Assembly (NCBI GenBank): GCA_023398815.1
Contig: JAEWRW010000020.1
Location: 130,474-194,473 of the forward strand
DNA from: Bacillota bacterium
GTDB taxonomy: Bacteria > Bacillota > Clostridia > Christensenellales > UMGS416
DNA length: 64,000 nt
Direction of reading: 5' to 3'
Under the pieces are notes generated by a model, which was given only the letters and a program-made list of their open reading frames with translations, was not told where the DNA came from and made no database searches. Numbering within the stretch: position 1 is the stretch's first letter; every line of letters starts with the position of its first letter. Below are positions 1 through 7,905 of the stretch, piece after piece. The position numbers and the translations under genes were made by a program.

Positions 1-1005
1 GTTGGATGCCGCCGCGATGAGCAGCCCCCCGCCCAAGCCGTGCAGGGTGGAGATGGCCACCAACTGCCAGAACGTGTGCGCCATGCCAAAGAGGAACGCC
101 TCCAGCGCGAAGAACACCGCCGCGCCCATCGCCATCTTCGGGAAGGAGACCTTCCGCCGCAGCAGCGGGGCCATCAGCAGCAGCATGGGGATCTCCAACA
201 AGGCCTTGTAGCCATGGATCATGCCCAGTTGACTGCGGTCGCCGTGCACGGCATCAATGAGGAACGACAGAAACCCGAACATGGTGTTGATGGGCATCTG
301 CATGAGCACCGCGAATGCGAGGAATGTGACGTAGCGGTAATCTCGCAGCAGGCGCCCCACCCGTAGCTCCCGCCAGGTGAGGGCCTTGGACTTCTGCGCG
401 TCGCCACGTACAAAGAAGGTGAGCGCCAGGAGCGGCAGGCAGACGATGCCGTAGATGACGAACGAACTGCTGACGCCGATGCGCCCTAAGAGGAAGCTCA
501 GGCCAATGCCCATGATGGCGAAGCTGAAGGAACCGAAGGAGCGGATGGAGCCGTAGTTCAAGCCCTCGCGGTTGGCGGTCACCACCAGCCAGTTGTCTAG
601 CAGTGCGCCGGACGGCGCGCGAAAGAACATGGAGAGCAGGATCGCGACCAGTGACATTGACAGGGAACCCACCATCACCGGTGCCAGTGAGGGCACTAGC
701 GCCCAGAACAACGCGCCGCCGGCGGTGCAGAGGAGAAACGACTTGCGCACTGAGCGGATGCGGTCGCTGAACGTGCCCCAAAAGAGTGTCGATACGATGC
801 CCACCGACGAGCAGGCGGCGGTTACTACGCCCACGCGCGAGGCCGAAAACCCCATGTTCTGCAGGAAGACCGTGAGGTAGTTCGTGTTGGCCGTGGCGAA
901 CCAGAACAGAAACTCCAGCCCGGCAAACTGAGCGAAGCGCCCGCGCGCCGCCCGGGATTCAGCATCCTGCGGCAAGAGCCGCCGCAGAGCAGCAGTGAGA
1001 TTCAT
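1..1005 (-). CDS. MFS transporter (MFS_1_like type), N-terminal 335 codons only; the C-terminus lies beyond the window start
   Basis: Own translation of the minus strand from the ATG at 1005-1003: MNLTAALRRLLPQDAESRAARGRFAQFAGLEFLFWFATANTNYLTVFLQNMGFSASRVGVV...GTFSDRIRSVRK... It stays open to position 1 and contains a run of hydrophobic helices. It is absent from the ORF track because no stop codon falls inside the window. Confidence 0.75.
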   Translation of the reverse strand, partial: MNLTAALRRLLPQDAESRAARGRFAQFAGLEFLFWFATANTNYLTVFLQNMGFSASRVGVVTAACSSVGIVSTLFWGTFSDRIRSVRKSFLLCTAGGALFWALVPSLAPVMVGSLSMSLVAILLSMFFRAPSGALLDNWLVVTANREGLNYGSIRSFGSFSFAIMGIGLSFLLGRIGVSSSFVIYGIVCLPLLALTFFVRGDAQKSKALTWRELRVGRLLRDYRYVTFLAFAVLMQMPINTMFGFLSFLIDAVHGDRSQLGMIHGYKALLEIPMLLLMAPLLRRKVSFPKMAMGAAVFFALEAFLFGMAHTFWQLVAISTLHGLGGGLLIAAASN

Positions 1006-1270
1006 CAGCACCACCTGAAGGCCCGTATGGCTACGGGGCAACATGATATGGTTATACCACCACAACCGGTGGCTGACAATCGAGAAAGCGGGAGTGTCTA
1101 GGCATTCTCACTGCAACCTCCAGACACGCGCTTGCATGGATATGGCAACCGGAGCCGACCGCCGATTCATTCGGCGGGAGGAACACCCTAACCAGTGCAA
1201 GGCTGACAATAAAACCCGCCCGCAGGCGAAACACGATCCTTGAAGCGAATCATGAGGCAAACAGCAAAGA

Positions 1271-1301
1271 GATCGCCCGGCGACATGCGCGGCGGGCGAT
1301 C
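1271..1301 (-). terminator. Rho-independent terminator downstream of the ABC exporter operon
   Basis: GATCGCCCG (1271-1279) pairs with CGGGCGATC (1293-1301), with an inner GCG/CGC pairing. On the minus strand it is followed by TCTTTGCTGTTTGCC. It lies 67 nt after the stop at 1368. Confidence 0.55.
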
Positions 1302-1367
1302 CCATGGAAAGAAGAACAAGCTGTCCGGATCGCGGACGGCACCGCAGTGACGTCCGCGAAAGCGCCG

Positions 1368-3308
1368 TCAGGCGCTGGCCCGATTGGCAAACTGGCTGTT
1401 GTACAGGTCGGCGTAGAAGCCGCCGCGCTCCAGCAGTTCCTTGTGGGTGCCCTGCTCAATGACCGAGCCGTGGTTCATCACCAGGATCAGGTCGGCCTCG
1501 CGGATGGTGGAGAGGCGGTGGGCGATGACAAAGGACGTGCGCCCGTGCATCAGCGTTTTCATCGCCCGCTGGATGAGGGCCTCAGAGCGGGTGTCCACGT
1601 TACTGGTTGCCTCATCCAGGATGAGGATGGCCGGGTCAGCCAGGATGGCGCGGGCGATGGTGATGAGCTGCCGCTGCCCCTGAGAGATGTTGGTGGCGTC
1701 CTCGTTGAGCACGGTGTCATAGCCTTCGGGCAGCGCGCGGATGAAGTGATCGGCGTGGGCCGCGGTGGCCGCCGCCACAATCTCCTCCTCGGTGGCGTTC
1801 TCCCGCCCGTAGGCAATGTTGTCGCGGATGGTGCCGTTGAAGAGCCAGGTGTCCTGCAGCACCATGCCAAAGAGCTTGCGCAGGTCGCCACGGCCCATGT
1901 CGCGGATGTCTACCCCGTCGATGCGGATGGCGCCGCCCTGAATCTCATAGAAGCGAAGCAGCAGGTTGACGAGCGTCGTCTTGCCCGCGCCGGTGGGGCC
2001 CACGATGGCGATGGTGTCGCCGGGGCGGCCCTGCACGTTCATGTCCTCAATGAGGGTGTTGTCAGGCGTGTAGCCAAACTTCACATGGTCGAAGGCGACC
2101 TCGCCGCGCGGCGAGGGCAGAGCAATCGGATCGGGCCGCTCGGCCATCTGCTCGATTTCGTCCAGCACCTCGAAGACACGTTCGGCCGAGGCCACGGTGG
2201 ACTGAATGACATTGAAGATGTTGGCCGTCTGCACGATTGGCTGGGTGAACGTGCGGATGTACTGCACAAAGGCCTGGATGTCACCGATCTCGATGCTGCT
2301 TTTGGCCACCAGCAGGCCGCCCACCACGCACACCGCCACGTAACCCACGTTGTTGATGAAGTTGAGCATGGGCATGATGATGCCCGAGACGAACTGTGCC
2401 TTCCATGCCACGCCGTAAAGGTGGTCGTTGATGGCGCGGAACTCGCCGATGGACTTCTGCTCCCGCACCAGTACCTTCACGATCTTGTGGCCGGTGTACA
2501 TCTCCTCCACGTGGCCGTTGAGCTCGCCGATGATGCGCTGCTGCTCAGCGAAGTACTTCTGGCTGCGTTTGGCGATGGCGGCGGTCACCACCACGCACAC
2601 CGGCAGCGTGGCCAGGGCGATGAGCGTCATCGTGGGGCTGATGGAGAGCATCATGACGAGCACGCCGATGATCGTGACGATCGAGGTGATGAGCTGCCCC
2701 AGGCTCTGCTGCAGGGTGGTGGCGATGTTGTCCATGTCGTTGGTGACACGGCTCAGGATTTCGCCATGGGTGCGTCCGTCAAAGTAGGAGAGTGGGAGCT
2801 TGTCGAGCTTCTCCTTCACGTCGTTGCGCATGCGGAAGACAGTCTTCTGCGACACCGACGACATGAGGTAGCCCATCAGGAAGTTAAAAAGCGAACTGAT
2901 GAGGTACAAGCCGATGAGCAGCAGGACGATACGCCCGATGTACTCCATATCAAACTTGGGGATGGGCGTCATCTTGAGCTTCTGGATGATGGCGGCTGAC
3001 ATGCCTCTCATCTGTGCCGTCTGCAGGCGAATGTAGTATATGTACTTGGCCAGGATACCATCGGCCAGCTTGGTGGTGGCCCAACCCATGATCTTCGGCC
3101 CCACGATGCTGAACACCGTGCTGCCGATGGCCAGCAGGAACACCACAACGAGGCGCGTCTGAAAGGGTTTGAGGTAGCCCATCAGCCGCCGCACGGTACC
3201 CTTAAAGTCCTTGGCCTTCTCTGCCGGGCGGCCCATGGCACCCATGGGGCCACCGCCGCCCATGGGGCCGCCGCGCCGCTGCTGGGGGTGCTGTTTTTGT
3301 TCGCTCAT
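1368..3308 (-). CDS. ABC exporter fused permease/ATPase, the subunit with a consensus Walker B and H-loop but a degenerate signature motif
   Basis: 646-aa ORF with an N-terminal 6-TM exporter domain. Walker A is GPTGAGKTT, Walker B is ILILDEATS and the H-loop is IAHR. The signature reads ISQGQ instead of LSGGQ. The start ATG overlaps the upstream stop (ATGA at 3305-3308). Confidence 0.9.
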   Translation of the reverse strand: MSEQKQHPQQRRGGPMGGGGPMGAMGRPAEKAKDFKGTVRRLMGYLKPFQTRLVVVFLLAIGSTVFSIVGPKIMGWATTKLADGILAKYIYYIRLQTAQMRGMSAAIIQKLKMTPIPKFDMEYIGRIVLLLIGLYLISSLFNFLMGYLMSSVSQKTVFRMRNDVKEKLDKLPLSYFDGRTHGEILSRVTNDMDNIATTLQQSLGQLITSIVTIIGVLVMMLSISPTMTLIALATLPVCVVVTAAIAKRSQKYFAEQQRIIGELNGHVEEMYTGHKIVKVLVREQKSIGEFRAINDHLYGVAWKAQFVSGIIMPMLNFINNVGYVAVCVVGGLLVAKSSIEIGDIQAFVQYIRTFTQPIVQTANIFNVIQSTVASAERVFEVLDEIEQMAERPDPIALPSPRGEVAFDHVKFGYTPDNTLIEDMNVQGRPGDTIAIVGPTGAGKTTLVNLLLRFYEIQGGAIRIDGVDIRDMGRGDLRKLFGMVLQDTWLFNGTIRDNIAYGRENATEEEIVAAATAAHADHFIRALPEGYDTVLNEDATNISQGQRQLITIARAILADPAILILDEATSNVDTRSEALIQRAMKTLMHGRTSFVIAHRLSTIREADLILVMNHGSVIEQGTHKELLERGGFYADLYNSQFANRASA

Positions 3309-5032
3309 GCGATCTCCTCCTCAGACAACTGGGACGACACGATCTCGCGGTAGACCTCACAGCCCCGCATCAGGTCGCGGTGGTTGCCGGTGCCCACCAG
3401 CTGTCCGTCGTCCAGCACCAGAATGCGGTCGGCGTCCATGACGGTGCTGACGCGCTGGGCCACGATGAGCACCGTGGCGTCGGTCGTCTCCCCTTTGAGC
3501 GCCGCGCGCAGCTTTGCGTCGGTCTTGAAGTCCAGGGCCGAGAAGCTGTCGTCAAAGAGATAAATTTCTGGCTTGGACACCAGTGTCCGGGCGATGGAGA
3601 GCCGCTGCTTTTGCCCGCCGGACACGTTGGTGCCGCCCTGGGCGATGGGGGAGTCGAAACCCTCCTCCATGGCATTGATGAACTCACTGGCCTGGGCAAC
3701 CTCGGCCGCGTGGGCGATTTCTTCGTCGGTGGCGTCTTCCTTGCCGTAGCGGATGTTCTCCGCAATGGTGCCGGAGAAGAGGATGGCCGACTGGGGCACG
3801 AAGCCTATCTTCCTGCGCAGGGCGTGCTGGTCCATCTCGCGCACGTCCACACCGTCCACGAGGATGCTGCCTTCCTCCACGTCGTAGAAGCGGGGGATGA
3901 GGCTGAGGAGTGACGACTTGCCTGAGCCGGTGCCGCCGATGATGGCGGTCACCTCGCCTGGCCGGGCGTCAAAGGAGACACCCTGCAGCGCCGGCAGGCG
4001 TGCCCCGGGGTAGCGGAAGGTCACGTTGCGGAACTCCACATGCCCGTGCTGGGCGTCGGCCTCTTTGATGACCGGCGGGTTGACGACCTCGGGCTCCATG
4101 TCCAGCACCTCGTTGATGCGGACGGCCGAGGCCTGGGCACGGGGCACCATGATGAACATGATGGCCACCATGACAAAGGCGAAGATGATCTGCATGGCAT
4201 ACTGCAGGAAGGCCATCATGTCGCCCACATCGAGGTCGCTGTTACTAATGCGCAGCCCGCCGAACCACAGGATGGAGAGCGTCGTCAGGTTGAGGAGGAG
4301 CATCATGATTGGCTGCATTACCGCCATGATGCGGTTGACGCGGATGGAGGTGTCGGTCAGGTCCCGGTTGGCATCGTCAAAGCGCCGCCGCTCACTGTCC
4401 AGCCGGTTGAAGGCGCGGATGACCCGGATGCCGGTGAGATTCTCGCGCAGCACCAGGTTGACCCGGTCGAGCTTCTTCTGCAAGGCCTTGAAGAGCGGGA
4501 TGACGAACTTGGCGGCGATGGCCATGATGACGATGATGAGCGGCAGCACTACCGCCAATACCTTGGTGAGTCCCTGGTCCTTGCTGAGGGCCATGATGAG
4601 GCCGCCGATGCCCATGATGGGGGCGGAGATCATAAAGCGCATCATCATGATGAGCGCTGTCTGCACCTGGGTGATGTCGTTGGTGGTGCGGGTGATGAGC
4701 GACGCCGTGCCGATCTTGTCAAACTCGTGCAGGGAGTAGCTCTCCACCCGCTCAAACACCCGGTTGCGCAGGTCGCGGCCCAGGCCCACGGCCGCGCGGG
4801 CCGAGAGGAACGCCGCCACGATGGAGGCCAGGCCGCTGCCGGCCGCCACCACCAGCATCCGCGCACCGTAGTACCAGATGTTGCCGATGTTGCCGGTCAT
4901 CATGCCCTCGTTCACCACGTCGGACATGAGGGTGGGCAGGTACAGTTCGGCCATGGACTGGCCAAACAGAAACAGGGCGAGCAGCGCCACCAACCCCGCG
5001 TAGGGCTTAAGGTGCCGGAATAGTTTCAACAT
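3305..5032 (-). CDS. ABC exporter fused permease/ATPase, the subunit with a degenerate catalytic site
   Basis: 575-aa ORF. Walker A is GGTGSGKSS and the signature VSGGQ is canonical. Walker B is YLFDDS, with Asp replacing the catalytic Glu. The switch loop is VAQR, with Gln replacing His. Confidence 0.9.
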   Translation of the reverse strand: MLKLFRHLKPYAGLVALLALFLFGQSMAELYLPTLMSDVVNEGMMTGNIGNIWYYGARMLVVAAGSGLASIVAAFLSARAAVGLGRDLRNRVFERVESYSLHEFDKIGTASLITRTTNDITQVQTALIMMMRFMISAPIMGIGGLIMALSKDQGLTKVLAVVLPLIIVIMAIAAKFVIPLFKALQKKLDRVNLVLRENLTGIRVIRAFNRLDSERRRFDDANRDLTDTSIRVNRIMAVMQPIMMLLLNLTTLSILWFGGLRISNSDLDVGDMMAFLQYAMQIIFAFVMVAIMFIMVPRAQASAVRINEVLDMEPEVVNPPVIKEADAQHGHVEFRNVTFRYPGARLPALQGVSFDARPGEVTAIIGGTGSGKSSLLSLIPRFYDVEEGSILVDGVDVREMDQHALRRKIGFVPQSAILFSGTIAENIRYGKEDATDEEIAHAAEVAQASEFINAMEEGFDSPIAQGGTNVSGGQKQRLSIARTLVSKPEIYLFDDSFSALDFKTDAKLRAALKGETTDATVLIVAQRVSTVMDADRILVLDDGQLVGTGNHRDLMRGCEVYREIVSSQLSEEEIA

Positions 5033-5060
5033 AGCGTTTCGTATGCCCTTTCCTGGTGGG

Positions 5061-6302
5061 TCAGGTGCCGCTGACGGCGACCGTCAGACCATCGCTCAGG
5101 TTGTTGACGTTGGTGACGGCCACCTGCTCGCCGGCGTCGAGACCATTGAGAATCTGGGTGTCCGTGCCGTTGGAGAGACCGGTGGTCACCGCGCGCAGCG
5201 TAGCCACGCCATCCTTGACCACATAGACCGAGGTCTGGCCGTCGCCCTTCACAAGGGCGGTGTCCGGCACCGTCAGGGTGGAGGCCGTCTGGGCCGTCAG
5301 GTTCGCGTGGGCGCTGAGCCCGGCCCTGAGGGTGCCGTCGTTTGTCAGGCTCACCTCAATGGGGAAGTACTCACCGGTGGAGACGGCCATCGGCCCCAGC
5401 AGGGAAATGGTGCCTGTGAATGTCTGGCCGGGGTAGATGTCGATGGCGACGTCCATCGTCTGCCCTTCCAGGAGGAGCGGCAGCGCCTCCTGCGGTACGG
5501 TGCCCTTGAGCTTGAGCGTGCCGGTGTCAGCAATGGTCAGGAGCGCAACGGTGGCCGTGGCGGTCTCCCCGGCGTTGACGGTGCGGGTGACGACCACGCC
5601 GTCGATGGGCGCGGTGATCTCAGCGTTGCCGACCTGCAACTCCATGAGCTTCACATTGGCCTCAGCCACGTCCACGTTGGCCTCGGCGGCTTTCACAGAG
5701 TTATCAGCCGCGCTGGCCGAGGACGACGCCTGCCGCACGGTGGCCCCTGCGGCGGTGTTGTACTGAGCTTTGGCCACGTCCAGCTTGGTCTTGAGCTCCT
5801 TGAGCTGGGCGTCGGTGGCCAGGCCGTCCTTCACCATGTCCTTCATCTCGTCGTAGGACTTCTGCAGGGCGTCCCGGTTGATCTTGGCAACCGAGGCCGC
5901 ACCGCGGGCGGCGCGCACGGCGTTGTCCAGCGCCGTGGCTTGGGACTTGGCCGACTTCACCTGGGCCTTGGCGGCCTTCAGCGTGGCCTTGGCCTGGCTC
6001 AGTTGGGTCTTCAGGGCGGCCTTGTCCATCGTCAGCAGCACATCGCCGGCCTTCACGGTGTCGCCCACTTCAGCCTTGACTTCGGCGACCGTGCCGGACG
6101 CTTTGCTGGAGACCGAGACCGTCTGGGCGGGCACCAGCACGCCGGTGACCGAGAGGGTGGTGTCCAAGGCCTTTTCCTGGGCCGCGGCCACGGTCACGGT
6201 CAGGGGGCCGGCAGCCTCATTGGTGGCGGTGCAGCCGGTCAGCAGGGCCGGCACCAGAAGCAGCGCGCACAGCGCCACGCTAAGAGTTCTTCTCATTCTC
6301 AT
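5061..6302 (-). CDS. HlyD/membrane-fusion-protein family efflux adaptor, lipoprotein
   Basis: 413 aa. Signal peptide plus lipobox (ALLTGC). Contains a long Ala/Lys/Gln-rich coiled-coil region and a C-terminal beta-barrel-like part (ITAPIDGVV motif). Confidence 0.8.
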   Translation of the reverse strand: MRMRRTLSVALCALLLVPALLTGCTATNEAAGPLTVTVAAAQEKALDTTLSVTGVLVPAQTVSVSSKASGTVAEVKAEVGDTVKAGDVLLTMDKAALKTQLSQAKATLKAAKAQVKSAKSQATALDNAVRAARGAASVAKINRDALQKSYDEMKDMVKDGLATDAQLKELKTKLDVAKAQYNTAAGATVRQASSSASAADNSVKAAEANVDVAEANVKLMELQVGNAEITAPIDGVVVTRTVNAGETATATVALLTIADTGTLKLKGTVPQEALPLLLEGQTMDVAIDIYPGQTFTGTISLLGPMAVSTGEYFPIEVSLTNDGTLRAGLSAHANLTAQTASTLTVPDTALVKGDGQTSVYVVKDGVATLRAVTTGLSNGTDTQILNGLDAGEQVAVTNVNNLSDGLTVAVSGT

Positions 6303-6315
6303 CGTCTTCTCCCCC

Positions 6316-7014
6316 TCACTGGATGTGGATCTTCACCGTGGCGTTGAAGCCCGGGTACAGGGTCAGCTGGTCGCCGTCCACAATGCTGATCTGAACGGGG
6401 ATGAGCTGGGTGGTTTTGGAGTAAGTGCCGCTGGTCGTGATGCTTGAGAGCGGGTTAAAGATCGAGTTGGCGGCCTTGCCCACCGTCGTCACCGTGCCCT
6501 GGAACACTTGACCCGGGTAAGCGTCGATCGTGATGTCCACGGTCTGGCCCTCTTTGATCTTGAAGATGCTGGTCTCCTCAATGTTGGCACTGATGTACAT
6601 GTGGGAGACATCAGCGATGGTGGCCACAGTGGTACCGGGGGCGACCATCTGGCCCTCCACCACGTCGGTGGCGATGACCATGCCGTTGATCGGGGCCTTG
6701 ATGTCGGCCTTGGAGGCAATGGAGTCAGCCGTGCTCCCCAGGGTGGAGGAGCTCATGGCGCTGTTGCTCACCATGCTGCCGGTGTCCTGCCGGCCCAGCA
6801 CCTGGCCGGCCTTGACCATGTCACCCTCCTGCACCGGCCAGTCGGAGAGCTCCCCGGTCACCAGCGGCGACACGGCCACCATGTCGGCCATCACTTGTGC
6901 GTTTTCGGTCGTGAGGAAATGGGTGCTGTCGTAGATGGTGCCATAGAGCCACCACCCGCCACCGGCCAGCGCCAGCAGCACCACCAGAATGACGATCAAT
7001 CCTGCCTTTTTCAT
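6316..7014 (-). CDS. HlyD family secretion/adaptor protein, short form with an N-terminal membrane anchor
   Basis: 232 aa. The TM anchor is MKKAGLIVILVVLLALAGGGWW. A biotinyl/lipoyl-like hairpin is present (VSPLVTGELSDWPVQEGDMVKAGQVLG ... IKAPINGMV). It lacks the long coiled coil. Confidence 0.8.
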   Translation of the reverse strand: MKKAGLIVILVVLLALAGGGWWLYGTIYDSTHFLTTENAQVMADMVAVSPLVTGELSDWPVQEGDMVKAGQVLGRQDTGSMVSNSAMSSSTLGSTADSIASKADIKAPINGMVIATDVVEGQMVAPGTTVATIADVSHMYISANIEETSIFKIKEGQTVDITIDAYPGQVFQGTVTTVGKAANSIFNPLSSITTSGTYSKTTQLIPVQISIVDGDQLTLYPGFNATVKIHIQ

Positions 7015-7601
7015 ACCTGTTCTCCGTCTCTATCGTTGTTGATTTTTTGTTCTTTTTTCTCGTCCACGCCATTTCCTCCGGCCAGGTTGGCATAGATCTG
7101 CCCCAGCAGCGCGTTGGCCTGGTCCAACAATTCCGGCGGCACCGCGGCAAACAAATCCACCAGTTTGTTGTCCCATTCGTGCCGCAGGGTTGCAGCCATC
7201 TCGTGGAGCTTGGCTGTGCCCTTCAGCACCACGCCGCGCCGGTCGTTGGGGTCGGGAACCCGTTCCAGCATCCCCTTTTTCTCCAGCCGATCAACCACGC
7301 CGGTAAACGTGCTGGCGGGGATGCCGGTCCACTTTGCCAAGTCCGTGGTGCGCGAGACCCCATGCTTCAAGAGCCGCATCAACACCAGCACCTCGGTGAA
7401 GGTGTAGCCGTGGGCCTTGAGCATAGGGAACAGGCTCTTGTACATACGGAAGGTGATCTGGTGGGTGCCCACCATAAACTCCAGCAGCCGGTTGCCGCGC
7501 ACCTCTTCCCCCGTGTGCCAAGGGGGCCCCGGACACACCGCTGGATTCCCGTCCTTCGGGTGGATTGGCTGGCCGGTGTCCCGGCCCATTCCCTGTGCCA
7601 T
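7011..7601 (-). CDS. MarR family transcriptional regulator (start uncertain; the N-terminal ~40 aa are low complexity)
   Basis: Winged-helix core LMRLLKHGVSRTTDLAKWTGIPASTFTGVVDRLEKKGMLERVPDPNDRRGVVL. The stop overlaps the start of the HlyD gene (ATGA). The ATG at 7601 has a GAGG 8 nt upstream. An in-frame Met at 7475 looks too late for helix 1. Confidence 0.8.
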   Translation of the reverse strand: MAQGMGRDTGQPIHPKDGNPAVCPGPPWHTGEEVRGNRLLEFMVGTHQITFRMYKSLFPMLKAHGYTFTEVLVLMRLLKHGVSRTTDLAKWTGIPASTFTGVVDRLEKKGMLERVPDPNDRRGVVLKGTAKLHEMAATLRHEWDNKLVDLFAAVPPELLDQANALLGQIYANLAGGNGVDEKKEQKINNDRDGEQV

Positions 7602-7633
7602 TGCGCTGCCTCGCTTCGCTCATAATTTACGGA

Positions 7634-7648
7634 TCCGAATAATTCGGA
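7634..7648. promoter_or_regulatory. Candidate MarR operator, a perfect 7-1-7 palindrome
   Basis: TCCGAAT-A-ATTCGGA, with a third half-site TCGAAT just after it. It lies between the predicted -10 element and the marR start codon. Confidence 0.5.
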
Positions 7649-7664
7649 ATCGAATAACATCGGG

Positions 7665-7693
7665 AGTATACTGCCGCCCATGGTGCCTGTCAA
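7665..7693 (-). promoter_or_regulatory. Sigma-A type promoter of the marR-hlyD-hlyD-ABC-ABC operon
   Basis: Minus strand reads TTGACA (7693-7688), a 17-nt spacer, then TATACT (7670-7665). Confidence 0.5.
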
Positions 7694-7824
7694 TTCACTT
7701 ATCGCAATCTTTACGAGGCGTTAAGACTTCTGTAGAAAGCCCCAAAGGCCTTTGGTGGAAATGACCGCAATCACACACGTGCACCGGTGAGGAGGGCATG
7801 CTGACAGCTCCCTCGGGAACGCCA

Positions 7825-7853
7825 TTGACGGCGAGCCACAGGCGTGCTAGAGT
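7825..7853 (+). promoter_or_regulatory. Promoter of the first GH9-like transcription unit
   Basis: TTGACG (7825-7830), a 17-nt spacer, then TAGAGT (7848-7853). The operator follows directly downstream. Confidence 0.45.
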
Positions 7854-7866
7854 ACACATATGTACG

Positions 7867-7884
7867 TGTGTGGAACGTTACACA
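7867..7884. promoter_or_regulatory. LacI-family operator, copy 1
   Basis: TGTGTGGAACGTTACACA. It is an imperfect palindrome centred on AACGTT (TGTGGAAC|GTTACACA). An identical 18-mer occurs at 12049-12066. Confidence 0.6.
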
Positions 7885-7905
7885 AGGTGCGACAGGAGGT
7901 ACAAC

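Noticed and set aside
1071-1210. 10-nt direct repeat GGCTGACAAT at 1071-1080 and 1201-1210 in the MFS upstream region
   Set aside because: It is short and could occur by chance. One copy overlaps the likely MFS promoter (minus strand TTGTCA, 17 nt, TATAAC). There is no further evidence for a regulatory or mobile-element role.
1347-2999. 550-aa plus-strand ORF
   Set aside because: It is antisense to the ABC exporter gene, which has clear Walker and signature motifs. Its translation is Gly/Ala/Arg/His/Asp-rich with no motifs. This is a typical shadow ORF of high-GC DNA.
7867-7884. Reading the operator as a CcpA cre site
   Set aside because: The half-site TGTGGAAC is one base longer than the cre half-site TGWAANC, and the 18-mer occurs identically in front of the dedicated LacI gene. 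A locus-specific operator is the simpler explanation.
7798-7905. N-terminal extensions of several track ORFs (7798, 11085, 12014, 17280, 20617, 25350, 34720, 43733, 44629, 47311, 54262, 60739 and 62631 on the plus strand; 31141, 33316, 34711, 43878, 51918 and 60750 on the minus strand)
   Set aside because: In each case an internal start codon has a proper AGGAGG-like RBS and gives a canonical N-terminus or signal peptide. The extension often overlaps a promoter, an operator or the upstream gene.
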